From Octopus bimaculoides (taxonomy: Eukaryota): a stretch of DNA of 64,000 nucleotides. The stretch lies in the NCBI RefSeq assembly GCF_001194135.2, contig NC_068998.1, positions 31,221,049 to 31,285,048 on the forward strand, written 5' to 3'. Position numbers and translations under genes: made by a program. Position 1 is the stretch's first letter; the number at the start of each line of letters is the position of its first letter. This document shows positions 36,840 through 50,196 of the stretch, piece by piece. The notes beneath the pieces are model-generated. The model was not told the origin of the DNA, did not search any database, and worked only from the letters and a program-made list of their open reading frames with translations.

Positions 36840-39525
36840 TTTTCACTTCCTCAGAGTTGACATTGTCAATGTAGGCACATTGAAATGTAGGTCTGGCGAG
36901 ATTGTTGAGATGCTTGAATAGAAACGTGTTGATGCATGTTGCATTCTAGAAATAAGGTGGAGGGAAGCTTCAGCCAGGTTCCTCATAGGCAAGAAACATA
37001 GGTATAAAATTTTGTGGGTAGGTAACAGTGATGAAGTAGGTGGTATGGGCATACTTCTTGCTGAGAAATGGGTTAAGATCATTGAGATAATCAGAGTGAG
37101 TGCTAGAGTACTTAAATCTAGGCTAGTTTTGCAGAGTAGTGCAACAATTATCTCTGCCTGTGCCCCCCAACTGGGTCTGCCAAATGAACAAAAGGACTGC
37201 TTTTATTATATTCTTCTGCAAGCTACCTCAAAGACATATGACAGTAACCTCATCTTCATGGCTGGTGATTTCAATGGACAAGTTGGGCAGCACCCAGGTA
37301 TCCACCATGAGATTTACAGGGCCATGGAATTGGTTGTCAAAATGAGGAGGGAACAAGGGTACTGGAGTTCTGTGATGTGAATAACCTGCAACACCAACTT
37401 CAAAAAGCCACCATGCTAGCTAGATTGATTATATTCTCACCTGAAAGCGAAGTACATGGTTGCTCATAAGTGCAAAGGCCTTTCCTGGGGAAGAATATAC
37501 CAACCCCATCAGCATAGATTAGTCATGAACGACTAGACTTCAGACTAGGCTAGAAGGATTCTAAGACGCAGATCAATCTGGAAAAGAGGGATTTGGAAGC
37601 TTAAGGATCCTTTAAATGGTCAGAGATTTAGGGACACTCTAATTGAGAAATTTAGTGAGAAGGAGGAGGAACTACAGACTTGTAACATAGAGAGCAACTG
37701 AAAGTTCCTGAGTGCCACAGACCAAATGTGTGGCTGGTGCGAAGTCCCAACCAGACCTAGGGTGACGTGGTGGAATAATATTGAAGACAAGGCCATTAGA
37801 GCAAAGAAACAAATCTGGAAGGACTGAAAGAATGATGGTAGCAGAGAACTATATCTCTGTAGCTAGGTGGGAGGCTAGAAGACAGGTTTACTTAGCTAGG
37901 GGAGAAGCAGAAAGGAAGTTTGTCAATGTTCTATGATATGAGGACCAAAAGCTTCAAGTGTTTCGGATTGCATGACAGTGTGTTTGCATGGATGATGGCT
38001 CACTTGCAGTTGGTGATTCTGCAAAGAAGGAGGCTTGGAAGTGCCACTTTGAAAGGTTGCTAAATGTAGAGAATGCATGAGAGAAGAGGCCTAACAGAAG
38101 GTCACCTGAATCAACAGTATCTTAGATAAGCAATTAAGGATATGAAGAGAGGGAAAGCCCCCAGCCCATGAGGAATCACCACTTACATACTTAAGATATC
38201 TGGCAGAGCAGCATTATAGTTAACTGCTACAAAGGCAAAAGTGATGCCCTATACAGAAGCATCAGATTGCTGGACCAGGTGCTCATAGTTGTAGAAATGG
38301 TTATAGATCAATTAATTAGGAAGAGAGTTAGCATAGATGCAGGAGAAATACTTGGCCAAAAAATAACGCTCTTGTATCTATTTGTTGACATAGAGAAAGC
38401 TTTTGACAGGGTTACATACTTCCTTATTTGATGGACAATGTGGAAGCTGAGGATAGATGAGTAGTTGGTGAGAACTGTCCAGGCCATGTACAGAGATGCT
38501 GTCAGAAAAGGTGTCAAGAGAAACTCCATACGGTGTACCCAGTGCAAGTTATGGACACATAAGAGGTGCAGTGGTATCGCGAGATGACTAACAGAAAAAG
38601 TAGTCTTTATATGCAAGTACATTAAACACCAGGAATGTATAAAAAGTAGACTCCCTCAAATGTCAGGGGGGATCCTTAGAAGTAGTAGGCAGTTTCTGTT
38701 ACTTAGGTGACCAAATTAGTAGTGGTGGGGGTTGTTCTGAAAGCATAGCTGTTAGAATAAGAATAAGCTGGGCAAAGTTCAGAGAGCTACTACTTCTGTT
38801 AGTAATGAAGAGCCTCTCCCTTAGAGTGAAAGGCAGAGTGTATGACTGTGTATGAACCGCTATGCTACATGGCTGTGAGACTGAAAATATGCAAAAGTTT
38901 CAAAGAAATGAAGCCAGTATGCTCCACTTGATGGGCAATGTCAGTGCGCATATATGACAGTGTAACTGATTTGAGAGAAAAACTGGGAAGACAAGGCATC
39001 AAACGCAGTGTGCAAGAGAGAAGGCTGCACTGGTACTGTCATTTAATGTGTATGAATGAAGAAAGTTGCATCAAGAGGTGCTAATCTCTAATTGTAGAGG
39101 GAACATGTAGAAGGGGTAGCCCCAGGAAGACGTTGGATGAAGTGATGAGAAAGGATCTACAGACATTGGGACTCACAGTGGGGATGACAGGGGACCAAGA
39201 TTCTTGGCAGTTTGCTGTGCTTGAGAAGACATGTCAAGCTAAGTAAGTGTGGATGTCCTTGCATACAAGCATGTCCCCTGCTTCCCTCTCCTAGTGAGCA
39301 TTCTTAATCTTGTGGGCTTATGGGTTCTGGTGCCACATAAACACACCTGTGCAAGTGTTGCATGGCAGTACCCAATATACTGTAAAGTGGCTGGCGTTAG
39401 GAAGGGCATCCAGTTGTAGAAACCATGCTGAAACAGACGGGGAGCTTGGGCAGCTCTTCAGCTGACCAGCTCTTGTTAAACCAACCAACCTATGCCAGCA
39501 TGGAAAACTGACATTAAATGATGAT
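36840..39525 (+). mobile_element. Decayed RTE-clade LINE with internal deletions
   Basis: APE endonuclease start (NVGTLK..SGEIVEML, ISACAPQ, AGDFNGQVG), RT remnants (FVDIEKAFDRV), C-terminal RLHWY, and 3' tail CCAGCATGGAAA...TTAAATGATGAT. Confidence 0.85.
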
Positions 39526-42020
39526 CATCCTCATATATATATGACAGGCTTCTTTCGGTTTCTGTGTACCAAATCCACTCACAGGGCTTTGGTCAGCCTG
39601 AGGATATAGTAGACACTTACCCAGGTACCATACAGTGAGACTGAACATGGAACCATATTTTTGGGAAGCAAGCTTGTTATCACACAGCCATGTCTGCATC
39701 TGTCATTTGTTCAATTATATTGGACAAGTTACACATTGATGTAAAACATTTGTGAAACACAATACATTCTGTTAAAGTTTGTCTGAGGCTAGAGTTTTTA
39801 TAATAATTATTGATTATATTTTTGAAAATGCACAACAGCCATCCTGTTTGGTGGAGAGGATTAGTTGAGCAGATCAACTGGGGCTATTTTATTAATCACA
39901 CAAGAAAAAGAATATGTCATCTACAGGAGTATACAAATACAGAATCAAGACAAATTAATTAGGAAAGTAATTTGCTTTTGTAATTATTAACAACCTCAAT
40001 GGCTGGATGATGTATTTTTCTTGGGTGTTTTCTTTGTTTTTCTTCAATCTGCCATCAGAAAATGTAAAGCATATATTTTGATTCTTAGATCAAAACAATC
40101 ACATATCAATATGTGTGTGCGTCTTCTCAATTACAAGACAGATAATATTCCAGTTGTTCAATCAATATAATTGCCTTCTATTGAATTATAATGTAGCAGA
40201 ATATTCTATTTGTATCTTACATTTTATATATAATACTGAGGTGGTTATATGTGACAGGTTTAATATTGAATACTTAAAACATACATAAAATAAGTGAGTT
40301 CTTGTATATAATGTATATATGGTGTATATGTGTATGCGTGCAAGTGCACACACACACACACACTTGTCCACCCACCCAAATATGTTCACTTCCTAACTAT
40401 GCAGTTTCAGTTCCAATCTCATTATACAAATCTTTAGGCAAGGAGACTTCTATTATAGCTTCAGATCATTCAACACTGTGTTGAAACTTGTTGGAAACTT
40501 GAAGAAAGCCTGCTGTATACATGCGGGTGTTTGTATAAATTTTAATTCAGTACGTTGTCATTTGCAACTTGTGAATAAAAAAGTTTACTTACTCCAGTAA
40601 ACAAATACTCTGTAGTTCAGTAGATTGGTGGAAAGAAAACTAACTTTGAAAACAAGTAAGAGATGGCAACAGGATGACTATCTGGCTGAAGAAGATTTGC
40701 CTCAATGAAAGATTTGCATTCCAGCATGGGAAAATGATTGTAAAAATAACGATTATGACATATAGATCTGTGTATTTACGACTGTGTATGCCTATGTGTG
40801 TGTGTGTGTGAATTCATTTGTTTTGACATCTGTTTTTCCATGTTAGCATAAGTTACACAAATATACTATTGAAGCATTGATTTACTGGTTAATGCCCTCC
40901 CTGTCACTAACACTTCAAGTAAGGGATCACATATTTCACACATTTTTGAAGGTGCAAAACCAGGAGATGATTTATTGATAGACAAAATGATTACATCACT
41001 GTTTGTAGTAAGTAGTTTTCAGAGAAGTGCAAATGTAATCAGACACAGAGGCATGCAGTTACACATACACAGGATCATGCACACACAATTACAATGAGAG
41101 AAGGAGAGAGTCTCCATCCACCAAATCCACTCACAAGGCTTTAGATAGAGGCTGTATTAGAAGACACTTACAGAGTGTTGTGGAACCTGAAACAACGTGG
41201 TTAGAAGATGAATTTTTCAAGCATGTGTATGTGTAGTAGGAATATTGGCAGAGTCCCAAACACCACCTTACTGCCTAAGAATTGGTCCTAAAATCACTGT
41301 TTAGACATGAAAGTAATTGCAAACACCAAACCAGGTGTGCCCAGGGATGGATGATGTTGGCAAGCAACAAACCATTTGAGTCCCTGGTAAACACACTCAG
41401 AACTTGTTTTTATCTGTAGCTTAGCTAACCTTCAAAGTTGTAGTAATAACCTAACCATTTCTGAGTATACAACATATTGGAATATCAATAAAATAATTTT
41501 GTTTTTGGTGCCATTTCTTTGACAGATCATTGGGTATATATAGATGATTTGTTTGAGTATATGTAGATGATTTGTCAGACCATTGGGTAAATGTAGATGG
41601 TTTGTCTGATGGGTATATGTAGCTGTATTAACTAGAGGTCTTAACACAGTGAAAGCTTATGTGCGGGAACATACACCATTCACTTCAGCTATGATATTTG
41701 ATGACTTCAACAACATATTATCATTTCTGACATATACATTTTGCATGGACATACTGAGACTAACTCACCAGGTGTAAATATTTTCTGATGTTTATCACAA
41801 TGACAAAATTTTTTTCTAATGATTAATAAATATTTTTGTGCTTGAACTTCACTGATTTTTGTTCTTCTATAAACCAAACAAATATTTTTCATTATACTGG
41901 TGACATCTTTGTCATTACATATAAATATGTATTGTAATTATGCCTATATATATATATATACACACACACACACATGTAAATATGTGTGTTATGAATATTA
42001 TATCTCTATATATATATGTA

Positions 42021-42847
42021 TGGTCTGATCAATAAATATCCAGACTGTTGCTAAAGCATGCAGAGTGAACCCACTTGGCACAGATTCACCTAGGACTGTG
42101 CTGTGCAGTGCACTAAGTTTTAACACTCTAGCTCACTCCCCTGTTTACAGCAGTGCTTGGAAGGAAGGTGTGCAGCGTGTGATTGTTGCACTGAATATGA
42201 CAGAAAGTCAAGCAGAGAATCTGCATCAAATTTTGCCAAAAGCTTGGTGATACTTGCTCAGAGGCCTACACAAAGTTTTCATTGTTCCTGAAACAATCAA
42301 GGAAATCTTGTACAACTGTAACCTGAGTGTCTTTTCAGTCAGCTGAAAGCAGTTTTGGCACAAACTTGGCAGACACGCGTCTCATACCCAAATCTGCAGT
42401 GAACTGATCTGTAACTAATCTGCACATCTTCTCATAGATCATGGATGGTGATGCAATGATTTCTCCTCTCAGCTGCATGCACATCTGCAATGTTTTTCTC
42501 AGTTCGCCTAGTTGCAGGTCTCCCAGAACGTTCGTCAATATTGACATTTTTTCAGCCATCTTGGAAACATTTGAACTACTCATACACTTATGTGTGGCTC
42601 ATATATTCATATCCATACACTTTCTGAAACTTTGCACAGGCCTCTGAGCAGGTATCACCATGACCACTTTCTCTGTCAAGATCAATGCAATAATCACGTG
42701 ACACACAGCTTCCTTCCACTGTAAACAGTGGAAGTGAGCTAGAATGTGCATGTGTACAGCAGAGTTCAAGGTCAATCTTTGTTTCATTCTGTGTGCTATA
42801 GCTTCATTACTTAGGCAACAGTCTGGATGCTTATTGATTAGAGCTCA
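42021..42847. mobile_element. Mariner-derived non-autonomous element built from two inverted 5' halves
   Basis: TIR GATCAATAAATATCCAGACTGTTGC at both ends; transposase N-terminal sequence (ICIKFCQKLGDTCSEA) on + at left and the homologous segment on - at right. Confidence 0.75.
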
Positions 42848-42989
42848 TATATATGTGTCTGCGCATATATATATGTATATATACATATATATATGTACCT
42901 AATATATATATATATTTATTTATTTATTTAATTTATGGGTTTCAGCCAAGTGGCTATGGTCATGCTGGAGCACCACTGTGACTTTCCAT

Positions 42990-43273
42990 CTTTATGCTGT
43001 GCTCTCTTCACGTTCCTTGCATAGCTCTTCTCCTCCACTTGATATAGTCCGATCAAGAGTTTTGATGGCACATCTGGTGTATAAGAGAATTTGACATCGC
43101 TGCCCTAAACTGTGTCTCATTTCGAGCCATTGGTTCATCTGGTATCGTGGAGAGGAAAGTGTCGAGTTTTGTCTTGAAGACCTCCACATCCGTGTCTTGC
43201 AGGTCTCTCAAATGTTTAGGCACGGCATTGAAGAGCTGAGGTCCTCTGAAACCGAGGCTGTTGCAGTATCTCG
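42990..43273 (-). mobile_element. CR1/L2-like LINE 3' end
   Basis: RYCNSLGFRGPQLFNAVPKHLRDL...FKTKLDTFLSTIPDEP is a typical CR1-group C-terminus. Confidence 0.8.
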
Positions 43274-43402
43274 NNNNNNNNNNNNNNNNNNNNNNNNNNN
43301 NNNNNNNNNNNNNNNNNNNNNNNNNNNNNNNNNNNNNNNNNNNNNNNNNNNNNNNNNNNNNNNNNNNNNNNNNACATATTTTGCACGGGAATTTGGCAAC
43401 GC

Positions 43403-43690
43403 CACTTCTAGCCAAACAATTATTCTGTAGTGATGAAGGAACATAACTCAGAAAGCGCTATACACAAATATTGTATTGGGCTGGGTGGTGGTGCTAGATT
43501 CCCTTGTTTGAATATATAAGGATACAGATTGCTTTGTATAGCCAGCTGGGGATGATGTATTCCGGGGCTAAAATTGCAGCAATATTCGTCCTGGACAAGG
43601 ACTGCCATCTTATATTGGCAAAAATCTTTACTCGAAAGTACTGTAGCTGAATATCTCTCATTGTGAAATCTAAAAGTACTAATTTTCTAA
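43403..43690 (+). repeat. HHR-containing ~280-bp repeat, copy 1 (core C3 mutated)
   Basis: Alignable along its length to 49043-49316; TCTGTA-gTGATGA...GAAA-GCGC-TA/TACACA. Confidence 0.8.
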
Positions 43691-46600
43691 TTTATAGATC
43701 AGTGACTAGTTGTCACTGTGAAAATTTTATATTTCGAATGAGAATTGGGCAGTGTCACCTCCACCCGAATAATTTTTCTTCTGAGACACGTCTATTTTTT
43801 CATTTTTGCTACGCAATGTTATGTGAGTTTTTTTCTGTTTGTGTTTGTACATTTTTGTTATTTTGATATACTTTACGTGAATTTGAACTGTTTTCGTTTG
43901 ACAAACAGTAATTTTTGCCCTATGGGGCAGAAAATTTCTGAATATTATAATTTTTGTGAACTATTTATTGTTTATTTTACTGAAAATTTCTCTTGTCATT
44001 TGTGACAAGTCTTAACATGGATTTTGACCTAGCGTCAAAACAGGATTTTCCTGAGATGGGAGAAGGAAAATCAAGTGGAAATTTAAAGGATATCCAGGAA
44101 AAACAGAGTTTTATGGTTACCGTTGGCAGAAATATAATTGAACTGGAAGAAGCTATGGACAAGCTATTCCAGTTTAAGAGTTTAATTGAAAAAAGTGGAG
44201 AGGAAACAAGGTTGGTGCCGCCCCCCGAAACTGTGCAAGCAATAAAGGAGAAAACAGTTATCTACAAAGTGTACAATATAAAAGGAAAAAGAATAATGGA
44301 GGTAAAAAACGAAGTTGTGGAAAGGTGCATGGCGCCCATTTGGAATAAAATATGTTACGTTAGCCGAGGAGTAAGAAGTGCCACAATTGAGGCACATTTC
44401 AAGTCGACTAGCATAGCCAAAGAAGTGTCGACGCAGACTTTGAAGAACAAGGAAATTATGCTGCTGCCCACATACTTGGGTCGCAGGACCACAAAGGTGA
44501 CAGTAGAAGAAATCCTGGTAGGGTATGAAGTAATGTGGGTAGCGGTGGCAGTAGTGTTCGACATGGAGGGGAAAATCACAATCCTGCAAATGAGGAAAAA
44601 GGAACCGGTGAACTGGAGAGGACAAGCTTTAGAAATGGTAATTCAAGCAGACAACGCAATACTAGAAAATTTGCCTGATAGAGTGTTTGTTGGGGAGGGG
44701 CATACAATTCGTGTGTCGGTGGAGGGACGTAGGCCCAGATGCTTTAAGTGTGGGCTGAAGGGCCACGTTTTCTCTATGTGTACGAAGAAAAAAGCAAATA
44801 AGCCCCTCCTCAAAACACAGAGAAAGAAAGACAAGTGGAAATAATACCAACGCAAGAAAAAAATGAAAAAAAAAAATGTAAAACCAATCGAAAGAAAACA
44901 CACAAGAGGCAACAGAAGAGATGGAGTTTAAACAAGTAATGCACAAATGGAAGAAATCTAACACCCTGGACTCCACACCCCAAACAAAACAAAATACAAC
45001 TACAGACGAACAACACAAAAAAATTCCCCAATCCCACCCTGCTGGCATTACGTTAACTGGACAATGGTTTGCCATACCCCAACCCACAAATCTAAAAAGT
45101 TTTTAAAAAACTGATAAAATTGTCTCCTTTAATGGAAAAAAATGAGGTTTTACGATATATAAAATCTCAACCAAGGATAAAACTTTTTAACAAAACTGCA
45201 GACAGCGGGTCTGATGTTCGCTATGCAAAAGTCGGAGAGGTGGAGTGGAAGGAAAAACTCCTCCAAGAACATTTAAAAGACAATGTTATAAAAGACGTCA
45301 CTCCAGAGGTGATAGCGGGCAAACTAATCATTAGCCTGGCATCCACACCAACCCAGAGCCCAATGGCAACACCGGTGAAAAGCCCAGCAGCTATGGGGAG
45401 TGTTGGGGAGGCAGGCAGACAAAATCTGTCATGCTCTCTCTCACAACCGTAAGAAGAATATTTTTCTTTTATCAATGATTAAGTTAGGCTGTATAAATGT
45501 GTGTGGAATGGGGTCGAAATGAAAAAAGGCTGGCTTGCTTCCTGAACGACCTCAGGACACATAGATTATGAACGAACCTCAAGTGTTCTCACCTCTTCTG
45601 AATGGTTACGAGAAATTTATTTCTCTTAGCCAGGGAAGAGGTGTGGGCGTGGCAGTCCTTATCAGGAAGAGCTTGAACTTACAGGTAAGTACTGTCTTTC
45701 TGGACCCAGAAGGTAGGCTGGTCGTCCTGGATGTGACCCATGGGAGTAAACAGTCCTTCAGGTTGGTAGCTGTCTACGCCCCTAATAAGCGTGGGCAGTC
45801 AATTTTCTTTCGAGACCTGGAGCATTTTCTAGTGACATCAAAAACGGTAGTTCTGGTAGGGGATTTTAACACTATCCTCGATGCGCGGATTGATAGTGTT
45901 AGCTCAACCGATAGGAAAGGGAATCCTAGCCTCAAGAGTCTACTAGATAGCTTTAATCTAGTAGGCTGTTACCAACTGGATGAGCCAAGTGTTCCACAGT
46001 GGACATGGAGTAACAATGGCGGATCACGCAGATCGTACATAGATAGGGTATTTGTTAGGGAGAGAGATAAAAATACTTTTAGTTGTCCACAATTTTGTAT
46101 TGTGCCTTACACGGATCACAAACTTGTGACGTGTGAGGTACATGTAGATAAATGCCATAGACAGGGACCCAGGTACTGGAAAATGAACAAGTCTATTTTG
46201 ACTTGTGAAACCATTTGTACCCGGATTAAGGTGTTAGTACAGAGGGCATTATGCGGCACCATCATTAATAATAGATAGTGGCATGACCTCAAAAGAGCCA
46301 TCTGTTTGGAGCCATCTGTTTGGAGTCCAGCAGCTAAGTTTAGATAGGACTAGAATAGAGGGCAATTTAGTTAAGAACTTAGATGAGGCGATGGAATCTA
46401 GCTCTGCATCTAGAGTGCAGGTGGTGAGTACGGTCTTGTACCGTCACCTCAAAACTAAGCACAAAGGTTGCAGAGTTAGAGCTAAGCTACTTGCAGGGAA
46501 ACGAAAGGGTATTAACGTTGCCGGATGGGCATGTCGTGTGGAGAGTCAGAGAGGTAAAAAGGCCTCTATACAGTCTTTAATGGATGAACAGGGGCACAAG

Positions 46601-49038
46601 ATCTATGGACAGGAGGAGATGCAGAAAGTCTTTCACCAGCATTTCGCCCAGCTGTTTGGGGAGGGCAGTTCGCTTGAGCGTGGGAAGGCTATAAAGGACT
46701 TCCTAGCTGGTGGGCCGCAACTCACAGCACGTGAGGTGGAGTGCTGTGAAGGACCGATCACTCCCGCAGAAGAAGGGTGTTGGCCGAGTGCACCGGGGAA
46801 AGTTCACCGGGGCTAGATGGTCTGCCCTATGAGTTTTATCATTGTATGCCAGACTTGTTCAGGAATATACTGGCAGGCGTCTATGCAAACTGGCAACAGA
46901 ATGGGAGAATTCTCAGTTCTGTGAGCTGGGGAGTGGTGATGCTGGTCCAGAAAGACCTGAGCAAGGGGGATAGTATTAGTAACTACAGGCCCATAATTCT
47001 ACTTAATGTAGAGTTAAAGATTTTGGCCAAGGTGTTAGCAAAAATGTTGACGGCTGTCGTGGAGAAACTTGTAGGGAAGGCACAGACATGTGCAATCCAG
47101 GATAATCTTCACCTTCTCCGCTACACCTTAGACAGGGTTGGGAAATTAGCCAGCAAAGGAGGGGCATTGGTCCATTTAGACCAAAGTAAAGCGTTCGATA
47201 GACCATCAATATCTGGAGGCAGTCCTCGAAGCAGCTGGGTTGGGTCCTGGCTTTCACGAGTGGATCTCCGCTATGCACAGCGGCATCAAGTCCACAGTCC
47301 AAATAAACAGTTACCTGATGGAGCCGTTTTCGATCAAGCGCTCAGTTCGTCAAGGGTGTCCCTTGTCTCCGCTTCTGTACATGTTGGTTCTAGAGCCATT
47401 GCTGCGGAAGTTGGAGAAGTTGGGAGGCAACCTTAATGAAATTGGATGCGGTAAGTCTATTTCTCCTTATGCGGATGACGTCACCTTCATCGTGTCCAAT
47501 GAAGCACAGCTACCTCGTGTAGAAGACGCTCTCAGAAGATATGAAGCGGTAGCAGGGGCAAAAGTTAACAAGGACAAGTCCATCAGCTTGCGCCTCGGCA
47601 CCTGGAGGAGCAAGTCGATATCGTCCAGTGTCGTGGGTCACTGGACAGATGGTCCTGTTAAGTTGCTTGGAGTTTGGTTTGGCTCAGACTCCCAGATGGA
47701 GAAGAATTGGAGCGAAGTGGCAGTCAAGGTAGAGTTCATAATACGGAAGTGGTCCGGAAGGGATCTGTACTTGAAAGGAAGGGCAGAGGTGGTACAGGTG
47801 TTTATGGCATCTGTAATCACTTACCGCCTGACTGTCGTGCCTTGCCTCGATTCATAGCTAAACAAGTCGGAAAGGAGGAAAGCCACTTGTAAGGCACTCC
47901 GTTTGCTGCCAGGAACCGTTGAAGGGTGGGCTGGGAATGCCTTGGCTAATGATGCGCAGACATGCGTTGAGGCTGAGACATCTCTGGCGCCACTTGGAGG
48001 GTGACAAGGTGTGGAGTCTACTGGCAGAGGAATTCTTCCCGTGACCGGCCTCTATGGAGAGATTTAAACCCGGTTTCATAAAAAGACGGAATCTGACTTT
48101 ATGGCAGAAGGAGTGCTGACAGGCACTCTGGCTGATCCACAAGACGGGCAAGGCCGGCAGCAGGAATACTACCTCGGTGTTCTATAGAGGGCTGGTAGAG
48201 GCAAAAAATGATGATGTCTTAGGAGGGGCTCTGGGGTTCGTCAAGAACCAGCTTGCCAACTTGTTTAAAAAAACTTTTAGGCCAGTGTACTTGGACAACT
48301 ACCAAAAACCCCTGACCTGGCAGTGCTACAGGAATGCTTTACCTGTTCACGATAAATTATCTAGGCATGGAATGTCAGTGCCACCAACATGTCCAAGATG
48401 TGGGCTGGACAATGAAACCGTCCAACACGCTTTTGTACAATGTCGGGAGCTGTCAAGCTTGATAAGTTATGTAGAACATGTGTTGTCGCATCTGGGATGA
48501 TTACAACTGTTGGCTGGATCTATAATAAAGATGATACTGCCAACTGGACTCTCAAAGAAAGGTGAGGCTTGTTTTTACTGTACAGTGGCAGTATTGAAAG
48601 AGTGTGTATGGAGAACTAGAATAGAAGGTTTCGTGACAGGGTCCTTCATCTCTGACCTGGGTTTGTTGACATACTTCAGATACCATCTGAAGAGCAAGAT
48701 GGGGTTGGAGAGGAGGACCCTGCTGCTGGGACAGTATGAGAAATGTTGGAAGGATGTGATGAGAAAGGTGGGTGTCAGTAACCCAGCTTAATCATCAATG
48801 AAAAGAAAAAAAGATAGTTGCTGGGCCTTACAGGCTGCCGGGTATGAAGTTAGGACTTGCTTCTTTTTATTTCTTTTATTTTGTTAAAAAAAGAAAAGGA
48901 CATTTTAAAAGTCAAGTAAATCATATATATTATATTAAAATTTTTAATCGTACATTCAAACTCATCATAACATTTTTTTGTAATTGTTTTGTCCCGTAAT
49001 GTCCCATCTACGTACCGATTGTAATAATCATAATAAAG
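43691..49038 (+). mobile_element. Near full-length Tx1/L1-group LINE
   Basis: ORF1 43993-44844 with CCHC knuckle (CFKCGLKGHVFSMC). ORF2 from ATG 45475 to 48791, with frameshifts: APE (AVYAP, VGDFN, WTW, SYIDR, TDH), RT (SPGLDGLPYEFY, NYRPI, LDQSKAFDR, RQGCPLSPLLY, YADD) and C-terminal CPRC..ETVQHAFVQC. Ends in AATAAAG. Confidence 0.93.
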
Positions 49039-49042
49039 AATT

Positions 49043-49316
49043 CACCTCTAGCCGAACAATTATTCTGTGCTGATGAAGGGAAATAACCCAGAAATCACGA
49101 TACACAGATATTGTTTTGAGCTGAGTGGGGGTTCTAGATTCCCTTGTTCAAAAATATGACACAGATCATGTCACATAGCCAGCTGGGGACGATATCTCAT
49201 GGGGCTAAAATTACAGCAACATTCATCCCGCCATGTTATGTTGGTAAAAATCTTTACTCCAAAGTACTGTTGCTGAATATCTCTCGTTGTGAGATTTAAA
49301 AATAGTAATTTTCTAA
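49043..49316 (+). repeat. HHR-containing ~280-bp repeat, copy 2
   Basis: Direct repeat of 43403-43690. Confidence 0.8.
49056..49114 (+). ncRNA. Putative type I hammerhead ribozyme
   Basis: ACAAT-tat-TCTGTG | CTGATGA | a-GGG(AAATAA)CCC-a | GAAA-TC(AC)GA-TA | CACAGA-t-ATTGT. Perfect 6-bp stem I plus 5-bp extension, stems II and III; predicted AUA cleavage after 49102. The base of stem II is an A.A mismatch. Confidence 0.7.
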
Positions 49317-49516
49317 AATTGATTTTGGCAGAATTTGAACTCAGAATGTGAGGACAGAAGAAATAGTGCTAAGCATTTTGCCCAATATGCTAACAATTCT
49401 GCCAGCTCACTGTCTTATATTCACAAATTAATACAAATAGACAAAGCTAGCTCATCATGGTTACACCAAAACTTTGACTTTCTATGATAGTCCCAGTTTT
49501 CTGAATCCACATCGTA

Positions 49517-49518
<2 letters not shown>

Positions 49519-49592
<74 letters not shown>
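49519..49592. repeat. (TG)n microsatellite; one of many simple repeats ((TA)n at 330-363, 17962-18006, 31612-31658; (AAT)n at ~26017-26052)
   Basis: Directly visible. Confidence 0.95.
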
Positions 49593-49595
<3 letters not shown>

Positions 49596-50196
49596 GGTTC
49601 AGGGTTCAGATGGATCAGGCCCTTGAATAGTAAAGCATCAAGGTTGGGCTAATGGAATAGCTATCATGCACAAAACAAAATTAGGGGAACATATCCATAC
49701 ATACCAAAGTAAAGACGGATTTATATTTCAGTTGTATGTACAATCACAAGCAGCTGACTGAATATACCATGGGTCTTAATGCTGCACCTAGGTTCAAACA
49801 CTGCACCAATTGTACTGCATTCAATAAACTCCAGATCCATGTTAGTTGCAGGTTCTAAGTAAGGTAAATAATATATAAATAACAACAGATGGATAGTGGC
49901 TCACTCATTACAGCTGTTTCAGACATATTTTTTATTGATGAGTGGTTATTACATCATGTGAAAAAAATACTGTTGTTATCAGGTCAATATATGTTTAAAT
50001 CATGCTTATATTCACCTGATAAAAACGTTTTTTTTTTCCACACGATGTAATAGCTATTCATCAATAAAAAAATATGTCTGAAACAGCTGTAGTAAGTGAA
50101 CCACTATCCATCTGTTGTTATTCATATATATATATATATATATATACACACGCACACACATATGTATATATATGTGTATGTGTGTTTGTGTGTGTA

